Notes under the pieces: generated by a model
Seen by the model: the letters and a program-made list of their open reading frames with translations, nothing else
Databases searched by the model: none
Told to the model about the DNA's origin: nothing
Made by a program: the position numbers and the translations under genes
Part shown: in pieces, positions 27,640 to 38,257 of the stretch
How positions within the stretch are numbered: position 1 is the first letter of the stretch
Layout: each line of letters begins with the position of its first letter
NCBI GenBank assembly: GCA_038245905.1
Contig: JBBRRY010000011.1
Span: 1 to 64,000 of the forward strand
Direction: 5' to 3'
From: Thermoanaerobaculia bacterium
Lineage (GTDB): Bacteria; Acidobacteriota; Thermoanaerobaculia; UBA5066
DNA: 64,000 nucleotides

Positions 27640-29631
27640 ATGCCCGCCGTGACGCCCGCCTACGTGCCTCTCGTCTCCTTCCCCGGCCGCATTCTCTATT
27701 TGACCGAGAGCGCCGAGATGATGCGCCGGCAGCTCGCCGGAGAAGATCTCGTCTGGGACGCGAACGATCCCGCCGAGAGGCTGAGGGACGACGTCTCGAC
27801 CGACGAGATGACGCCAGGCTGGACGTGCTTCCACCACGACGCGACCCTCGGGCGCTTCACGTACCTTGGTCTGACCTGCCAGGACGGCGAAAAGCGCGTG
27901 CAGCCGGTGGGCGAGGACGCCGTCCGCCGCGGCGGGTTCCTCGTGTCCGTGGCCGGCCGCCGCCGCGGCAAGGGATCCTCCCGTGAACAGGCGCCCTACG
28001 CGGAGCGCGCCGCGGGGATCCGCCTCCTCGTCGCGGAGAGCTTCGAGCGCATCTACCGCCAGAACGCCATCAACCTCGGGATGCTCCTCACGACGGACTT
28101 CTCGGTTCTCGAGCGCATTCGCCGCATCGAAGAGATCCCGCTCTCGTTCTTTACGGAGGGCGAGGACGCCATCACGCGCGCGGTGATCGAGGCCGGCGGA
28201 CTTCTTCCCTACACGCGCGCGCGCCTCGCGGGCCGCACGTCGCCCCCGCCCGTCACGACGCGGCCGCGCGCCATGACGCTCGCCGAGAAGATCCTCGCGC
28301 GGCACGCCGTCCGGGACCCGGCTCTCGCCACTGCGGGCGTGCCGGCCGTGGCGCCGGGGGACGCGTGCTTTGTGCGGGCCGATCTCCGGTTCTCCCACGA
28401 GTACGTCACGCCGATGGCAGCCGCATGCTTCGAAGAGGAGCTCGGAGGGGCCGTCCGAGTCCTGGACCCGGACTCGGTGCTCCTGTTTCGTGACCACCTC
28501 TCCCTTCTCGGCGAAGTCATGCCGGCGGAGCGCAGGGAGCGCGGCCTCCTCGCCCTCGCGGACGCCCTCGCGACGCGTCAGGAGGAATTCGCCGCGGCGC
28601 AGGGCATTCGGCTTTATGGCGCGGGCGAGGGCATCTGCCACTCCCTCGTCCTCGAGCGTCACGCGCTCCCCGGCCAGGTCGTCGTCGGATCGGACTCGCA
28701 CACGACTCACGCCGGCGCCCTTGGTTGCCTGGCCTTCGGCATCGGCACGACGGAGGTCGCTTGTGCGTGGCTCTCGGGCGACGTGCGCGTGAAGGTGCCT
28801 GCCACGGTGCGCGTCGTCCTCGACGGTGCGCGGCCACCCGGCGTAACGGCGAAGGACGTCATGCTCGCGCTCCTCGCCCATCCTTACGTAAAGGGCGGCG
28901 GCGCGATCGGCAAGATTCTCGAGTACGCGGGCGAAGCGGTAGACGCCTTTTCCGTCGACGAGCGCGCGACGCTCACGAACATGGCGGCCGAAGCCGGCGC
29001 GTTCGCGGGGATTGCGGCACCCGACGAGACGACGGCGCGCTTTCTTTCCGAACGCCGCGGCATTCCGCTCGACGAGGCGCGCGCGCTGTGCCGCGGCATC
29101 GGGTCGGATCCGGACGCCGTGTTCGAATCGGAGCTGAGGCTCGACGCCCGTGCTCTCGCCCCGCTCGTGGCGCTCCCCGGCGATCCCGGAAACGGAGTTC
29201 GGATTTCGGATCTTGCCGCGCCGGTCCGTGTCGACATCGCGTACGCAGGATCGTGCACGGCCGGCAAGCGCGACGATATGGAGATGCTCGCCATGGTTCT
29301 CGCCGACGGTCTCGCGAAGGGGAAGCGCGTGGCACCGGGCGTCGACTTCTATATTCAGTTCGGGAGCCGGGACGTGAGGGAGTGGTGCCGGGAAATGGGG
29401 TATCTCGAATTGTTCACGCGCGCTGGAGCGCGGCTGATCGAGCCCGGCTGCGGGGCCTGCATCAATGCAGGGCCGGGTGTCTCGACGCGGGTGGACCAGG
29501 TCACCGTGAGCGCGATCAACCGCAACTTCCCCGGCCGGAGCGGCCCGGGGCGCGTCTACCTCGGCAGCCCCTATGTGATTGCGGCCTCAGCCCTCGCGGG
29601 TAGGATTACGGCGTGGACGCCAGGCGCCTGA
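27640..29631 (+). CDS. Aconitase-family [4Fe-4S] hydro-lyase; LeuD-like domain fused N-terminal to a LeuC-like domain
   Basis: N-terminal DDVSTDEM, GSSREQA, ESFERIYRQNAINLG. C-terminal MTLAEKIL, GICH, DSHT, GSCT, PGCGAC, NRNFPGR. Confidence 0.88.
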   Translation: MPAVTPAYVPLVSFPGRILYLTESAEMMRRQLAGEDLVWDANDPAERLRDDVSTDEMTPGWTCFHHDATLGRFTYLGLTCQDGEKRVQPVGEDAVRRGGFLVSVAGRRRGKGSSREQAPYAERAAGIRLLVAESFERIYRQNAINLGMLLTTDFSVLERIRRIEEIPLSFFTEGEDAITRAVIEAGGLLPYTRARLAGRTSPPPVTTRPRAMTLAEKILARHAVRDPALATAGVPAVAPGDACFVRADLRFSHEYVTPMAAACFEEELGGAVRVLDPDSVLLFRDHLSLLGEVMPAERRERGLLALADALATRQEEFAAAQGIRLYGAGEGICHSLVLERHALPGQVVVGSDSHTTHAGALGCLAFGIGTTEVACAWLSGDVRVKVPATVRVVLDGARPPGVTAKDVMLALLAHPYVKGGGAIGKILEYAGEAVDAFSVDERATLTNMAAEAGAFAGIAAPDETTARFLSERRGIPLDEARALCRGIGSDPDAVFESELRLDARALAPLVALPGDPGNGVRISDLAAPVRVDIAYAGSCTAGKRDDMEMLAMVLADGLAKGKRVAPGVDFYIQFGSRDVREWCREMGYLELFTRAGARLIEPGCGACINAGPGVSTRVDQVTVSAINRNFPGRSGPGRVYLGSPYVIAASALAGRITAWTPGA

Positions 29632-30107
29632 GGCCCCTCGCCGCGCTTCTGGCGGCTTCGCTCGCGGCGGGAGGCTGCCGTTTCGGCTGGAACCTCTGGG
29701 CGCGTGGCGACCTCGCGCGCGACGTGACCGCCCTCCTGGCGAGAGAGGGCGTACTCGTCTCGGGCGTGAAGTGCCGGATGTTCGGCACGCTGCGCGCGGG
29801 CGCATGCACGTTTCCCTTCACGGCCGGGCAGACCACGCTTCTGGCGCAAGGCCTGAGACTCCGCGTTCTGGCGCCGACCGAGAACATTCGCGAGTTCCCC
29901 GGCGGATGCTCGGTTACACGCCCCTTCGACACCGACTTCGTGCGCTCCTTCCGTACGGGCGCGTTCCGGCCGCCTGAGCTAAAACTGCGCGATGGGGGAT
30001 CGTTCGACTACGTGTATCTCTACCACCACCCCGCGTCGGGGCGAGCGTGCCTTCAGGCCGCGTACACACAGGACGGCGCGGGGACCGCGTCTCCCTTCAC
30101 GAACTGA
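29613..30107 (+). CDS. Hypothetical lipoprotein (start GTG 29613 or CTG 29628)
   Basis: RPLAALLAASLAAGGC lipobox-like signal; several Cys residues. Confidence 0.6.
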   Translation: MDARRLRPLAALLAASLAAGGCRFGWNLWARGDLARDVTALLAREGVLVSGVKCRMFGTLRAGACTFPFTAGQTTLLAQGLRLRVLAPTENIREFPGGCSVTRPFDTDFVRSFRTGAFRPPELKLRDGGSFDYVYLYHHPASGRACLQAAYTQDGAGTASPFTN

Positions 30108-31143
30108 ACGCTCCTGGCGTCGAGCGATCCTCGGGCACCGCGGTCAGCCGTCGCTGGAGCCGTGGAGCGCCTCGCTCGACGAGGGCCGTCGCCGCCGTCA
30201 GGGCGAGGAGGAGCGCGGAAATCGCCACGTCGAAGACGAGCTGCTCCTCGAGCCGCATCGTCAAGAGGATGCCGGGCCGCGCGGCGCCGAGCCAGATGAG
30301 GTCGGCGCCCGTAAAGAGAACGAACGCAGCGAGGGCATGGGCGACGTGGTCTCCGAACGGGCCTCCGGCCGCGCGGGCGGCCAGCCGCACGGCGGCGGCA
30401 AGCGAGACGGCATACGAGAGAAGGACGGCCGTCGCTCCCCAGGCCACGTCCGGATTGACGGGATCGCTGTCGCCGAGGGCGATGAGCGTCAGGTCGATGC
30501 GCGATAGGCCATAACCGCCGCTGAGGAGGACGAGGAGGGTGAGGCACGCAAGTGGAGCTGCCGCGCCCCGGAAGCGGCCCGGCACAGGCGGCGTGTCCGG
30601 GGACAGGAGGCCCATGCCTTCCAGGAGGACGAGGAAGAGCGTCCGCCATCCCGGAAAGAAGCAGCTCGCGAGCGACGCGAACGCGAGAGACTCGAGCCTT
30701 CGCTGCCGGGTGGCGGCGGCAAAGACGAAGAGGGCGAGACCGAACAGCACGGCGATCCGCGTGAAGGTGGCCGAGGCCAGGACCGCGAGCCTCATGTGCG
30801 GCGCGAGCCAGGACCCGATGCAACCGAGCGGCGGAAGAAGCGCGACGAACCGCAGGGAACGCGGGCGCGCCTCGCGGAGGGCGCCGGGGGCGAGCAGGAC
30901 CGTGAGGATCACCAACGCGGCGTCCCCCGCCGCGAGGCCCGCGGAGTGCCCGAGGGGAGTCCGCGACATGGGAAGGACGGTGAGGACGCCGGCCGCGGCG
31001 ACGCAGAGGACGAGGCTGCGCCCCGAGCCGCGCCCGCGCGCCGCGAGGGCCAGCGCGCCCGCGAGAAGCAGCGCGCCCGCCCACTGATCCCGGCCGGGGA
31101 GCGCGGCCAACGCGAGAAGGAGCGCGGCTGCTGAGCCGCTCAC
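30097..31143 (-). CDS. Multi-pass membrane protein resembling the TM domain of PIG-G/PIG-O-type transferases
   Basis: GTG start overlaps the upstream stop (GTGA). About 10 hydrophobic segments; SGGYGLSRIDLT segment. Confidence 0.6.
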   Translation of the reverse strand: MSGSAAALLLALAALPGRDQWAGALLLAGALALAARGRGSGRSLVLCVAAAGVLTVLPMSRTPLGHSAGLAAGDAALVILTVLLAPGALREARPRSLRFVALLPPLGCIGSWLAPHMRLAVLASATFTRIAVLFGLALFVFAAATRQRRLESLAFASLASCFFPGWRTLFLVLLEGMGLLSPDTPPVPGRFRGAAAPLACLTLLVLLSGGYGLSRIDLTLIALGDSDPVNPDVAWGATAVLLSYAVSLAAAVRLAARAAGGPFGDHVAHALAAFVLFTGADLIWLGAARPGILLTMRLEEQLVFDVAISALLLALTAATALVERGAPRLQRRLTAVPEDRSTPGAFSS

Positions 31144-32324
31144 GCCCCGATCCGCCAGATGCCGATAACGGCCGCAACGATCGCGAGGCCGAGCAACGCC
31201 TGGATCGGAGGATGCTCGCTCCCGCCCGCACGGGGACCGAACGCGCGGAAACGCTCCGCCTCGGCCGGCCCGAAGCCGGGTGCGGCGAGGTAGCGCGCGA
31301 GTTCCGGCGTTCCCTCCCACCTCTTGGCATCGGAGGGTGCCACCGCGAACCGGGCGAGGAGACATCGGTCGCAGCGGCCCTTGAGGGCGGCCGGATCGAG
31401 ACTCAAGAGAGCGGGATCGGGCGCGCCGACACCGGACGCCGGCGGGCAGACTCCGAGCAGAATCGCGAGCGTCGGAGCGAAGTCCTCGGGCGCGAAAGCG
31501 GGTGTCCCTTTTGCGAAGCCCCGTCCGACAGCGAGAAAGGCCGTCTCGCGCGCGAGGGCGTCGGGGCCACCGTGATGGCCGTCGTCGTCCGCGCCGTGGT
31601 CGCCGAGGACGACGAGCGCGTCGCGGTTCAGGTCCAGGCGGGCCGCGATGCGGCCGAGCCGGCGATCGGTGGCGGTGAGCGCCTCGCGGTACGCCGGGCT
31701 CCAGGGCTTCAGGATGTGGCCCGTGTGATCCACGGACCCGAAGTGCACGACCGCGAGGACCACCGCGGCGTCGTCGAGGATCCGCATCGCCCCGGCCTCG
31801 GCCGCGTCGTCGTCCACGTAGGGTCCGAAGTCGTCCGCTCCCTTCCCGACGTAGACGCGCGCGGCACCCACGCGCATGTCGTCGCCGAACAGCTCGGCGA
31901 AATCCGGGCTGTAGGTGGAGGAGCCCCAGAGCCGGTGTGCGCCGGTCAGCCTCGTGAAGAGGGAGTCCTCCGTGACGTGGTCTTCCGAGACGTTCCGGAG
32001 GCTGTCTTGGAATGTGCCGGGCCGCCCCGTGAAGAGGGTCCTGAGACACGGCTTCGTGAAGGACCGCACCCCCGCCATCATCGGACCTCGGCTTCCGGCC
32101 GCCGCGAAGCGCTCCACGTTTGGCATCCCCGTGCCCGAGAGCGCGTCGGAGCGCCGCCATCCGTCGACGACGACCACCACGATGCGCCGCGCAATCGGTT
32201 CGAACGCGGGAAGGGGCGCGTTGCGGAGCACCGCCGCTTCCCCTTGGGACGCCGGTTCGGGACGGAGGAGCACAGCCGCAGCGAGCGGAAGGAGGGCGAC
32301 TGCGGCCAGCGAGATGGACCTCAT
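31140..32324 (-). CDS. Alkaline phosphatase-superfamily protein, PIG-G/PIG-O-like catalytic domain
   Basis: N-terminal TM; VVVVDGWR, SFTKPCLRTLFTG, HFGSVDHTGH, LGDHG..DGHHGG, DFAPTLAILLG; C-terminal TM. Confidence 0.8.
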   Translation of the reverse strand: MRSISLAAVALLPLAAAVLLRPEPASQGEAAVLRNAPLPAFEPIARRIVVVVVDGWRRSDALSGTGMPNVERFAAAGSRGPMMAGVRSFTKPCLRTLFTGRPGTFQDSLRNVSEDHVTEDSLFTRLTGAHRLWGSSTYSPDFAELFGDDMRVGAARVYVGKGADDFGPYVDDDAAEAGAMRILDDAAVVLAVVHFGSVDHTGHILKPWSPAYREALTATDRRLGRIAARLDLNRDALVVLGDHGADDDGHHGGPDALARETAFLAVGRGFAKGTPAFAPEDFAPTLAILLGVCPPASGVGAPDPALLSLDPAALKGRCDRCLLARFAVAPSDAKRWEGTPELARYLAAPGFGPAEAERFRAFGPRAGGSEHPPIQALLGLAIVAAVIGIWRIGA

Positions 32325-32422
32325 GGCCGCAGTTTTTCGACGAGCTCGGTTCGCAGGGTCTCCGCCACCAGCTTGAGCTTAGCCGACGCACAGTCCTGGC
32401 CTTCTGCCGAGGGTGGCGGCTG

Positions 32423-32451
32423 AAGAAGAAAGCCCCCGGTCTCCCGGGGGC
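32423..32451 (-). terminator. Rho-independent terminator after the S9 peptidase
   Basis: Minus strand GCCCCCGG-GAGA-CCGGGGGC followed by TTTCTTCTT. Confidence 0.75.
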
Positions 32452-32468
32452 CTCGGTCGAAAAACCGG

Positions 32469-34442
32469 TTACTTGCCGATCACCTTCACGACTGCCGTCG
32501 AACCGGAGATCTTTTCTCCTTCCATCGGCTCGAAGCGGCCGGCGAGGCAGCCCGCGAGGAATTTCTCGGCCCGGGCATTGAAGTCGATACGGTTTTCCGG
32601 CCGCGCGAAGCCGTGCCCTTCGTCCGGGTAGAGGACGTAGGTGACGTTGCCCTTGTTTTTCTCGATCGCGTCGACGATCTGCTCCGACTCCTTCACGTTC
32701 ACGCGCGGGTCGTTCGCGCCCTGCCCGATGAGGAGCGGGCGGACGATCTTGTCCGCCTTGAAGAGCGGCGACGCGTTCTTGATCAGCTCGGCGTCCTTCG
32801 GGTCGTCCACGTTGCCCATGCGCACGTCGAAGGTCGCGCGCAGAGGCTTCCAGTAGGGCGGGATCGACCCGATGAGCGTCTTGAGGTTCGACGGGCCCAC
32901 GATGTCGACCGAACACGCAAACTTCTCGGGCGTGAACGTGGCTGCCGCGAGTGCCGCATAGCCGCCGTACGAGCCTCCCATGATCGCGATCTTCTTCGGG
33001 TCGGCGATTCCCTGCTTGACGGCCCAATCCACGGCGTCGATGAGGTCGTCGTGCATCTTCAGTCCCCACTGCCGGTTGCCGGCATTGAGGAACTTCTTGC
33101 CATAGCCCGTCGAGGCGCGGAAGTTCGTCTGGAGGACCGCGTATCCGCGGTTCGCGAACCACTGGGCGTAAGGGTCGTAACCCCAAGCGTCCCGGCTCCA
33201 CGGACCCCCGTGCACGAAGAGCACCATCGGCAGATTTTTCGGGGCGATGCCGACGGGGAGGGTGAGGTACGAGTTGAGCGTCAGGCCGTCGCGCGACCTG
33301 ATGGCGACCGGCTTCATCTCGGCGAGCGCCAGCCCTTCCAGCTTCGGCCGCGCGGTGAAGAGGAGCGTCCCCTTCTTCGTCGCACGATCCCACGTCCACC
33401 ACGAAACGGGGCCGCGGTCGGACGTGAACGCGATGAGCCAGCGGTCGTCCTTCTCGGTGCGGTTGACGAGGGAGAAGTCGCCCGGATTCAGCTTCGCGAT
33501 GCTGTCGAAGTCGGCCTGGACGGACGGATCGAGCACCTTCCAAGAGAGGCGCCCGGGCGCAAAACCTACCGCCTGGACGATGTGCTGCTTCGGATGGATC
33601 ACGATGGGACCGGCGTCGACGTCGGGCGAGACGGCGAGCACTTTTTCGGCGCCCGTCGCGAGATTGCGCTCGACGAGGCGCGCCGTGTCGCTCCCGATCG
33701 AAGTCTTGAGGTACGCCGACGCGCCGTCTTTCGTGAAGTCCTCGAACTCGAGGATCTCGTCCGGGCCGACCTTGAGCAGCGTCTTCCACGGCGACTTGAC
33801 GTCGTCGCGGACGCGGATCTCGGTGCCGCCGTCGGCCGTCTGGGCCTGTGCGGCACGGACCTGGAACTTCGCGTCCGCACCCCAGCCCCCGACGTCGCCC
33901 GGATTCTCGGTGTCCAGTGTCAGGGCGCCGGTCTTGAGGTTGAGGCGCTGCACGTCCATGAGCTGGCGGTTGCGGATGTTCGCCTCGATCAGGACTTCGT
34001 CGGGGAAGTCCGGGTTCAGGTCGGCGACGCCGGCGCGGACGCCCTGGAACGGGGTGTAGTCGCGCACGTTGCCGGAAGCGAGGTCCACGCCGAAGACGTG
34101 GAAGTTCTCGTCTCCGTCGTTGTCCTGCTGGAAGAGCAGCGTCTTGTTGTCCTGGGCCCAGAAGTACTGGCGGATTCCGCGTTTCTTGTCGGCCGTGACC
34201 ATTTTGTCGTCGTCCTTGCCGACGGTCTTGACCCAGACCTGCTGGACGTTTTTCATGTCGGGCGCGATCCATGCGAGGCGCTGACCGTCCGGCGACAGTT
34301 TCGGATTAGCCCGTTCGGGGTTTCCGAAGAGGATGTCGCGCGAGATGAGCGGGGGAGCCTGGGCCGCGAGGGGAGCGGCCGGAGCGAGGAGGGCGAGCGC
34401 AGCCATGGCCGGCGCGACGCGTGAAAACGGGGATTTCAGCAT
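32469..34442 (-). CDS. Secreted S9-family peptidase (acylaminoacyl/dipeptidyl peptidase)
   Basis: Signal peptide from M at 34442; [33 protein letters not shown]. Confidence 0.92.
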   Translation of the reverse strand: MLKSPFSRVAPAMAALALLAPAAPLAAQAPPLISRDILFGNPERANPKLSPDGQRLAWIAPDMKNVQQVWVKTVGKDDDKMVTADKKRGIRQYFWAQDNKTLLFQQDNDGDENFHVFGVDLASGNVRDYTPFQGVRAGVADLNPDFPDEVLIEANIRNRQLMDVQRLNLKTGALTLDTENPGDVGGWGADAKFQVRAAQAQTADGGTEIRVRDDVKSPWKTLLKVGPDEILEFEDFTKDGASAYLKTSIGSDTARLVERNLATGAEKVLAVSPDVDAGPIVIHPKQHIVQAVGFAPGRLSWKVLDPSVQADFDSIAKLNPGDFSLVNRTEKDDRWLIAFTSDRGPVSWWTWDRATKKGTLLFTARPKLEGLALAEMKPVAIRSRDGLTLNSYLTLPVGIAPKNLPMVLFVHGGPWSRDAWGYDPYAQWFANRGYAVLQTNFRASTGYGKKFLNAGNRQWGLKMHDDLIDAVDWAVKQGIADPKKIAIMGGSYGGYAALAAATFTPEKFACSVDIVGPSNLKTLIGSIPPYWKPLRATFDVRMGNVDDPKDAELIKNASPLFKADKIVRPLLIGQGANDPRVNVKESEQIVDAIEKNKGNVTYVLYPDEGHGFARPENRIDFNARAEKFLAGCLAGRFEPMEGEKISGSTAVVKVIGK

Positions 34443-34519
34443 GAGAGGAGGGTCTCCTTCTCCCTTGATACGTGGATTCGGGGCCTTCGGTTCTGGCGTA
34501 CGGCCCTGCAGAGGAACCC

Positions 34520-34814
34520 TCGGGCCGACCCCCTCGACCACAAGCCCACGGAGCTTTCGGGCGGCCAGATGCAGCGCGTGGCGGTCGCGCGGGCCCTCGC
34601 GATGAACCCGGACCTGCTGCTCGCCGACGAGCCCACGGGAAACCTCGACTCGACGTCGGGCGGCGACATCATGGGCCTTTTCACGGACCTCTGGACCGCC
34701 GGAGGCACGCTCATCGTCATCACGCACGACATGAGCCTCGCCCGCCGGGCCGGGCGTGTCATCGAGGTGCACGACGGCCGAATTCTGAAGGACTCGGTGG
34801 GAGCGGCCGCCTGA
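34520..34814 (+). pseudogene. 3' remnant of a LolD/MacB-type ABC ATPase
   Basis: [22 protein letters not shown], Walker [12 protein letters not shown] and ITHD are present. No Walker A and no room for one upstream. Confidence 0.8.
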
Positions 34815-34858
34815 GAGCGTCTCGGCTAGAATCACCCTCCTCGAACAGGAGGGTTCCT

Positions 34859-35446
34859 ATGAAGCGTGCGTTTACTCTCGTCGCCGGTGCGGTCCTCGCC
34901 GTGGCCTTCTCGGCGGTCGCCGCCGACAGCCCGAAGGAAGACCTGAAGTTCCTCGGGATCGACAAGTGCAAGAAGGACAAGTTCGACTGCGTGTGGGTCG
35001 CCGACGGCTTCTCCTTCGCGGGGAAGACGATCCACGTCCAGAAGTTCGAGAAGAAGGCCGATGCCCCCTCGAGCGGCGACATGGGCGGGCTCGAATACGG
35101 CAATGCGGACACGTTCATGCAGGAGGTCTTCGCCAACAAGACGAACGAGCGCATCGAGAAGCAGGGCACGAAGTTCGTGACGGGCGGCTCGGGCGACTAC
35201 GTCCTGAAGGGCCAGATCACCGAGTGGCGCTACCCCAAGAAGGGCGCCGCGTGGGGCGGCTGGATCGGAGGGGCCGTAGGCTCGGGCACGATCGTGTACG
35301 ACTGGAAGATCGTCGACAAGAGCGGCAAGACGGTCGTCGCGGTTCATCACAAGACCGTCGCGAGCGCATCCGATACGATGGAACGCCGCGTGAACAACGT
35401 CCACGGCGACGAGATGGTCGAGTTCGTGAGGAAGAACTCCAAGTAG
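34859..35446 (+). CDS. Secreted hypothetical protein (DUF4410-like)
   Basis: SD AGGAGG; signal peptide MKRAFTLVAGAVLAVAFSAVAA; YVLKGQIT...GGAVGSG. Confidence 0.7.
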   Translation: MKRAFTLVAGAVLAVAFSAVAADSPKEDLKFLGIDKCKKDKFDCVWVADGFSFAGKTIHVQKFEKKADAPSSGDMGGLEYGNADTFMQEVFANKTNERIEKQGTKFVTGGSGDYVLKGQITEWRYPKKGAAWGGWIGGAVGSGTIVYDWKIVDKSGKTVVAVHHKTVASASDTMERRVNNVHGDEMVEFVRKNSK

Positions 35447-35500
35447 GAAGACCGGGGATTTCTTTTCTGCTAAGATTCATTTTCGGAGGCGCGCACTCAC

Positions 35501-36514
<1,014 letters not shown>

Positions 36515-36943
36515 CGCCATCGGCTCCGTCGAGGTTCTCGTGACGGTTGCCGCCGCTCCGCCCGTACGGCGTGTCGAGGCCTGGACCCGCAGCCTTCTAA
36601 TCGAAGCGCGCGCGAAGCGCGTCTCCCTCTCGGTCTTGCTCTGCGGGGACTCACGCATGCGGGGCCTGAACCGGGAGTGGCTGGGGATAGACCTTCCGAC
36701 CGACGTGTTGTCTTTCCCGTCCGGCGAGCGTGACTTCGTTGGTGACGTCGTCATCGACGTGCCGTACGCGGCGCGGCAGGCCCGGCGGCGCGGCCACACG
36801 CTCCAACGCGAGGTGCAGATTCTCCTCGCGCATGGCCTTCTCCACCTTCTCGGCTACGATCACGAGGAGGACGACGGCACGATGTTCCGGCGGCAGCGGC
36901 AGATCCTTCTCTCGGCCTTCGGCGAAGGCCCGGATGGCGTGCC

Positions 36944-38257
36944 GTGACCGGCATCCTCGTCGGAGGGGCCGGCGTCGCGCTGCTCCTCGCCGCATTCTTC
37001 GCGGGCGTCTACGTCGTATTTTCCGGTTTTGGCCAGGCGCTCGAGAGCCTCTCGGTCCTTCGCCGCAAGTCGCTCCTCGAGGCGAATCCCGCGCGCTTCG
37101 GCACCCTCCTCGCGTCCGAGCACGTGCGCGTCTCCCGCATCGCCGTCCGCCTGACGGCCCAGGGGGCGGTACTCGGCGGCCTTCTCTGCCTCGGCTCGGC
37201 CCTCGCGGCGCTTGGCGTGGGCGAACCGTGGCTCCTCTCGGCCGTCGTGATCCTTCTCGGCTGGATTCTCGCCGAGAGTCTCGTCATCAGGTGGGTCGCT
37301 CGACGGGGCGGAGACGAGGCCCTCGCGGGTTTCGCGTGGCTCACGCCCGCCGTCGACTTCCTCGCCGCGCCCCTGACACCTTTCCTCTCGCGTCTTCTCG
37401 AGCGTGAGGAAGACGAAGCGGACGGCGGCGGCATCGGCGCTCCCGAGAAGGAGGAGGCCGCGAAGGACGCCGACATGCGGGCGCTCCTCGATGTCGCCCG
37501 CGAGGAGGGCATTCTCGAGGAGCATGAAGAGGAGCTCGTGACGCGTGCGGTCGACTTCGGCGACCGCACGGTGGGCGAGGTCATGACGTCACGGCCCGAC
37601 ATCGTGTTCGCCGAGGCCGACGCACCGCTCGACGAGATCGCGGATCTTTTCGCGCGGACGAAGATCACGCGGATTCCGCTCGTGGAGGGCAGCGTGGACA
37701 AGCCGGTGGGCGTCGTCCACGTCAAGGATGTGTTCACCGTCCTGCGCCGCCCGAACCCTCCCGCCACGGCGCGCTCGCTCGCGCGACAGGTGTTCTTCGC
37801 GCCGGAGACCCAGACGGTCGCGACGCTGCTCTCCGACTTCCGCCGCCGCCGGCAACCGCTCGCGATCGTCGTGGACGAATACGGCGCCGTGACCGGTCTC
37901 GCGACGCTCGAGGATCTCGTCGAGGAGCTCGTGGGAGAGATCGCGGACGAGCACGAGGACGAGCAGCCGCCGATCGTCCCGCAGGAGGACGGCTCGTACT
38001 CGGTCGCGGGGCGCGTCCGCGTCCCGGAGATCGCGACTCTCTTCGGCGTGACGTTTCCCTCCGACGAATATGACACCGTGGCCGGCCTCGTCTCGGAACG
38101 GCTCGGGCACATCCCGAAGGCCGGCGAGACGGCTCACGAGGCGGGGCTCCTCTTCCTCGTGGAGGAGGCGGACCGCCGCCGGATCCATCGCGTGCGCATC
38201 CGGCGGGAGGATGCCCCCGGCAAGATAGGCGAAAAAGCTCAGGAGCCGGAATCATGA
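36944..38257 (+). CDS. Hemolysin/CorC (CNNM-CBS-CorC) family protein
   Basis: N-terminal TMs, VMTSR, tandem CBS domains, VVDEYG, TLEDLVEELVGEI, CorC C-terminus. Confidence 0.88.
   Translation: MTGILVGGAGVALLLAAFFAGVYVVFSGFGQALESLSVLRRKSLLEANPARFGTLLASEHVRVSRIAVRLTAQGAVLGGLLCLGSALAALGVGEPWLLSAVVILLGWILAESLVIRWVARRGGDEALAGFAWLTPAVDFLAAPLTPFLSRLLEREEDEADGGGIGAPEKEEAAKDADMRALLDVAREEGILEEHEEELVTRAVDFGDRTVGEVMTSRPDIVFAEADAPLDEIADLFARTKITRIPLVEGSVDKPVGVVHVKDVFTVLRRPNPPATARSLARQVFFAPETQTVATLLSDFRRRRQPLAIVVDEYGAVTGLATLEDLVEELVGEIADEHEDEQPPIVPQEDGSYSVAGRVRVPEIATLFGVTFPSDEYDTVAGLVSERLGHIPKAGETAHEAGLLFLVEEADRRRIHRVRIRREDAPGKIGEKAQEPES

Noticed and set aside
31144-34272. N-terminal ~1040 aa of the 30097..34272 ORF
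   Set aside because: Alternative frame over the S9 peptidase and phosphatase-fold genes; only the part from GTG 31143 looks like real protein.
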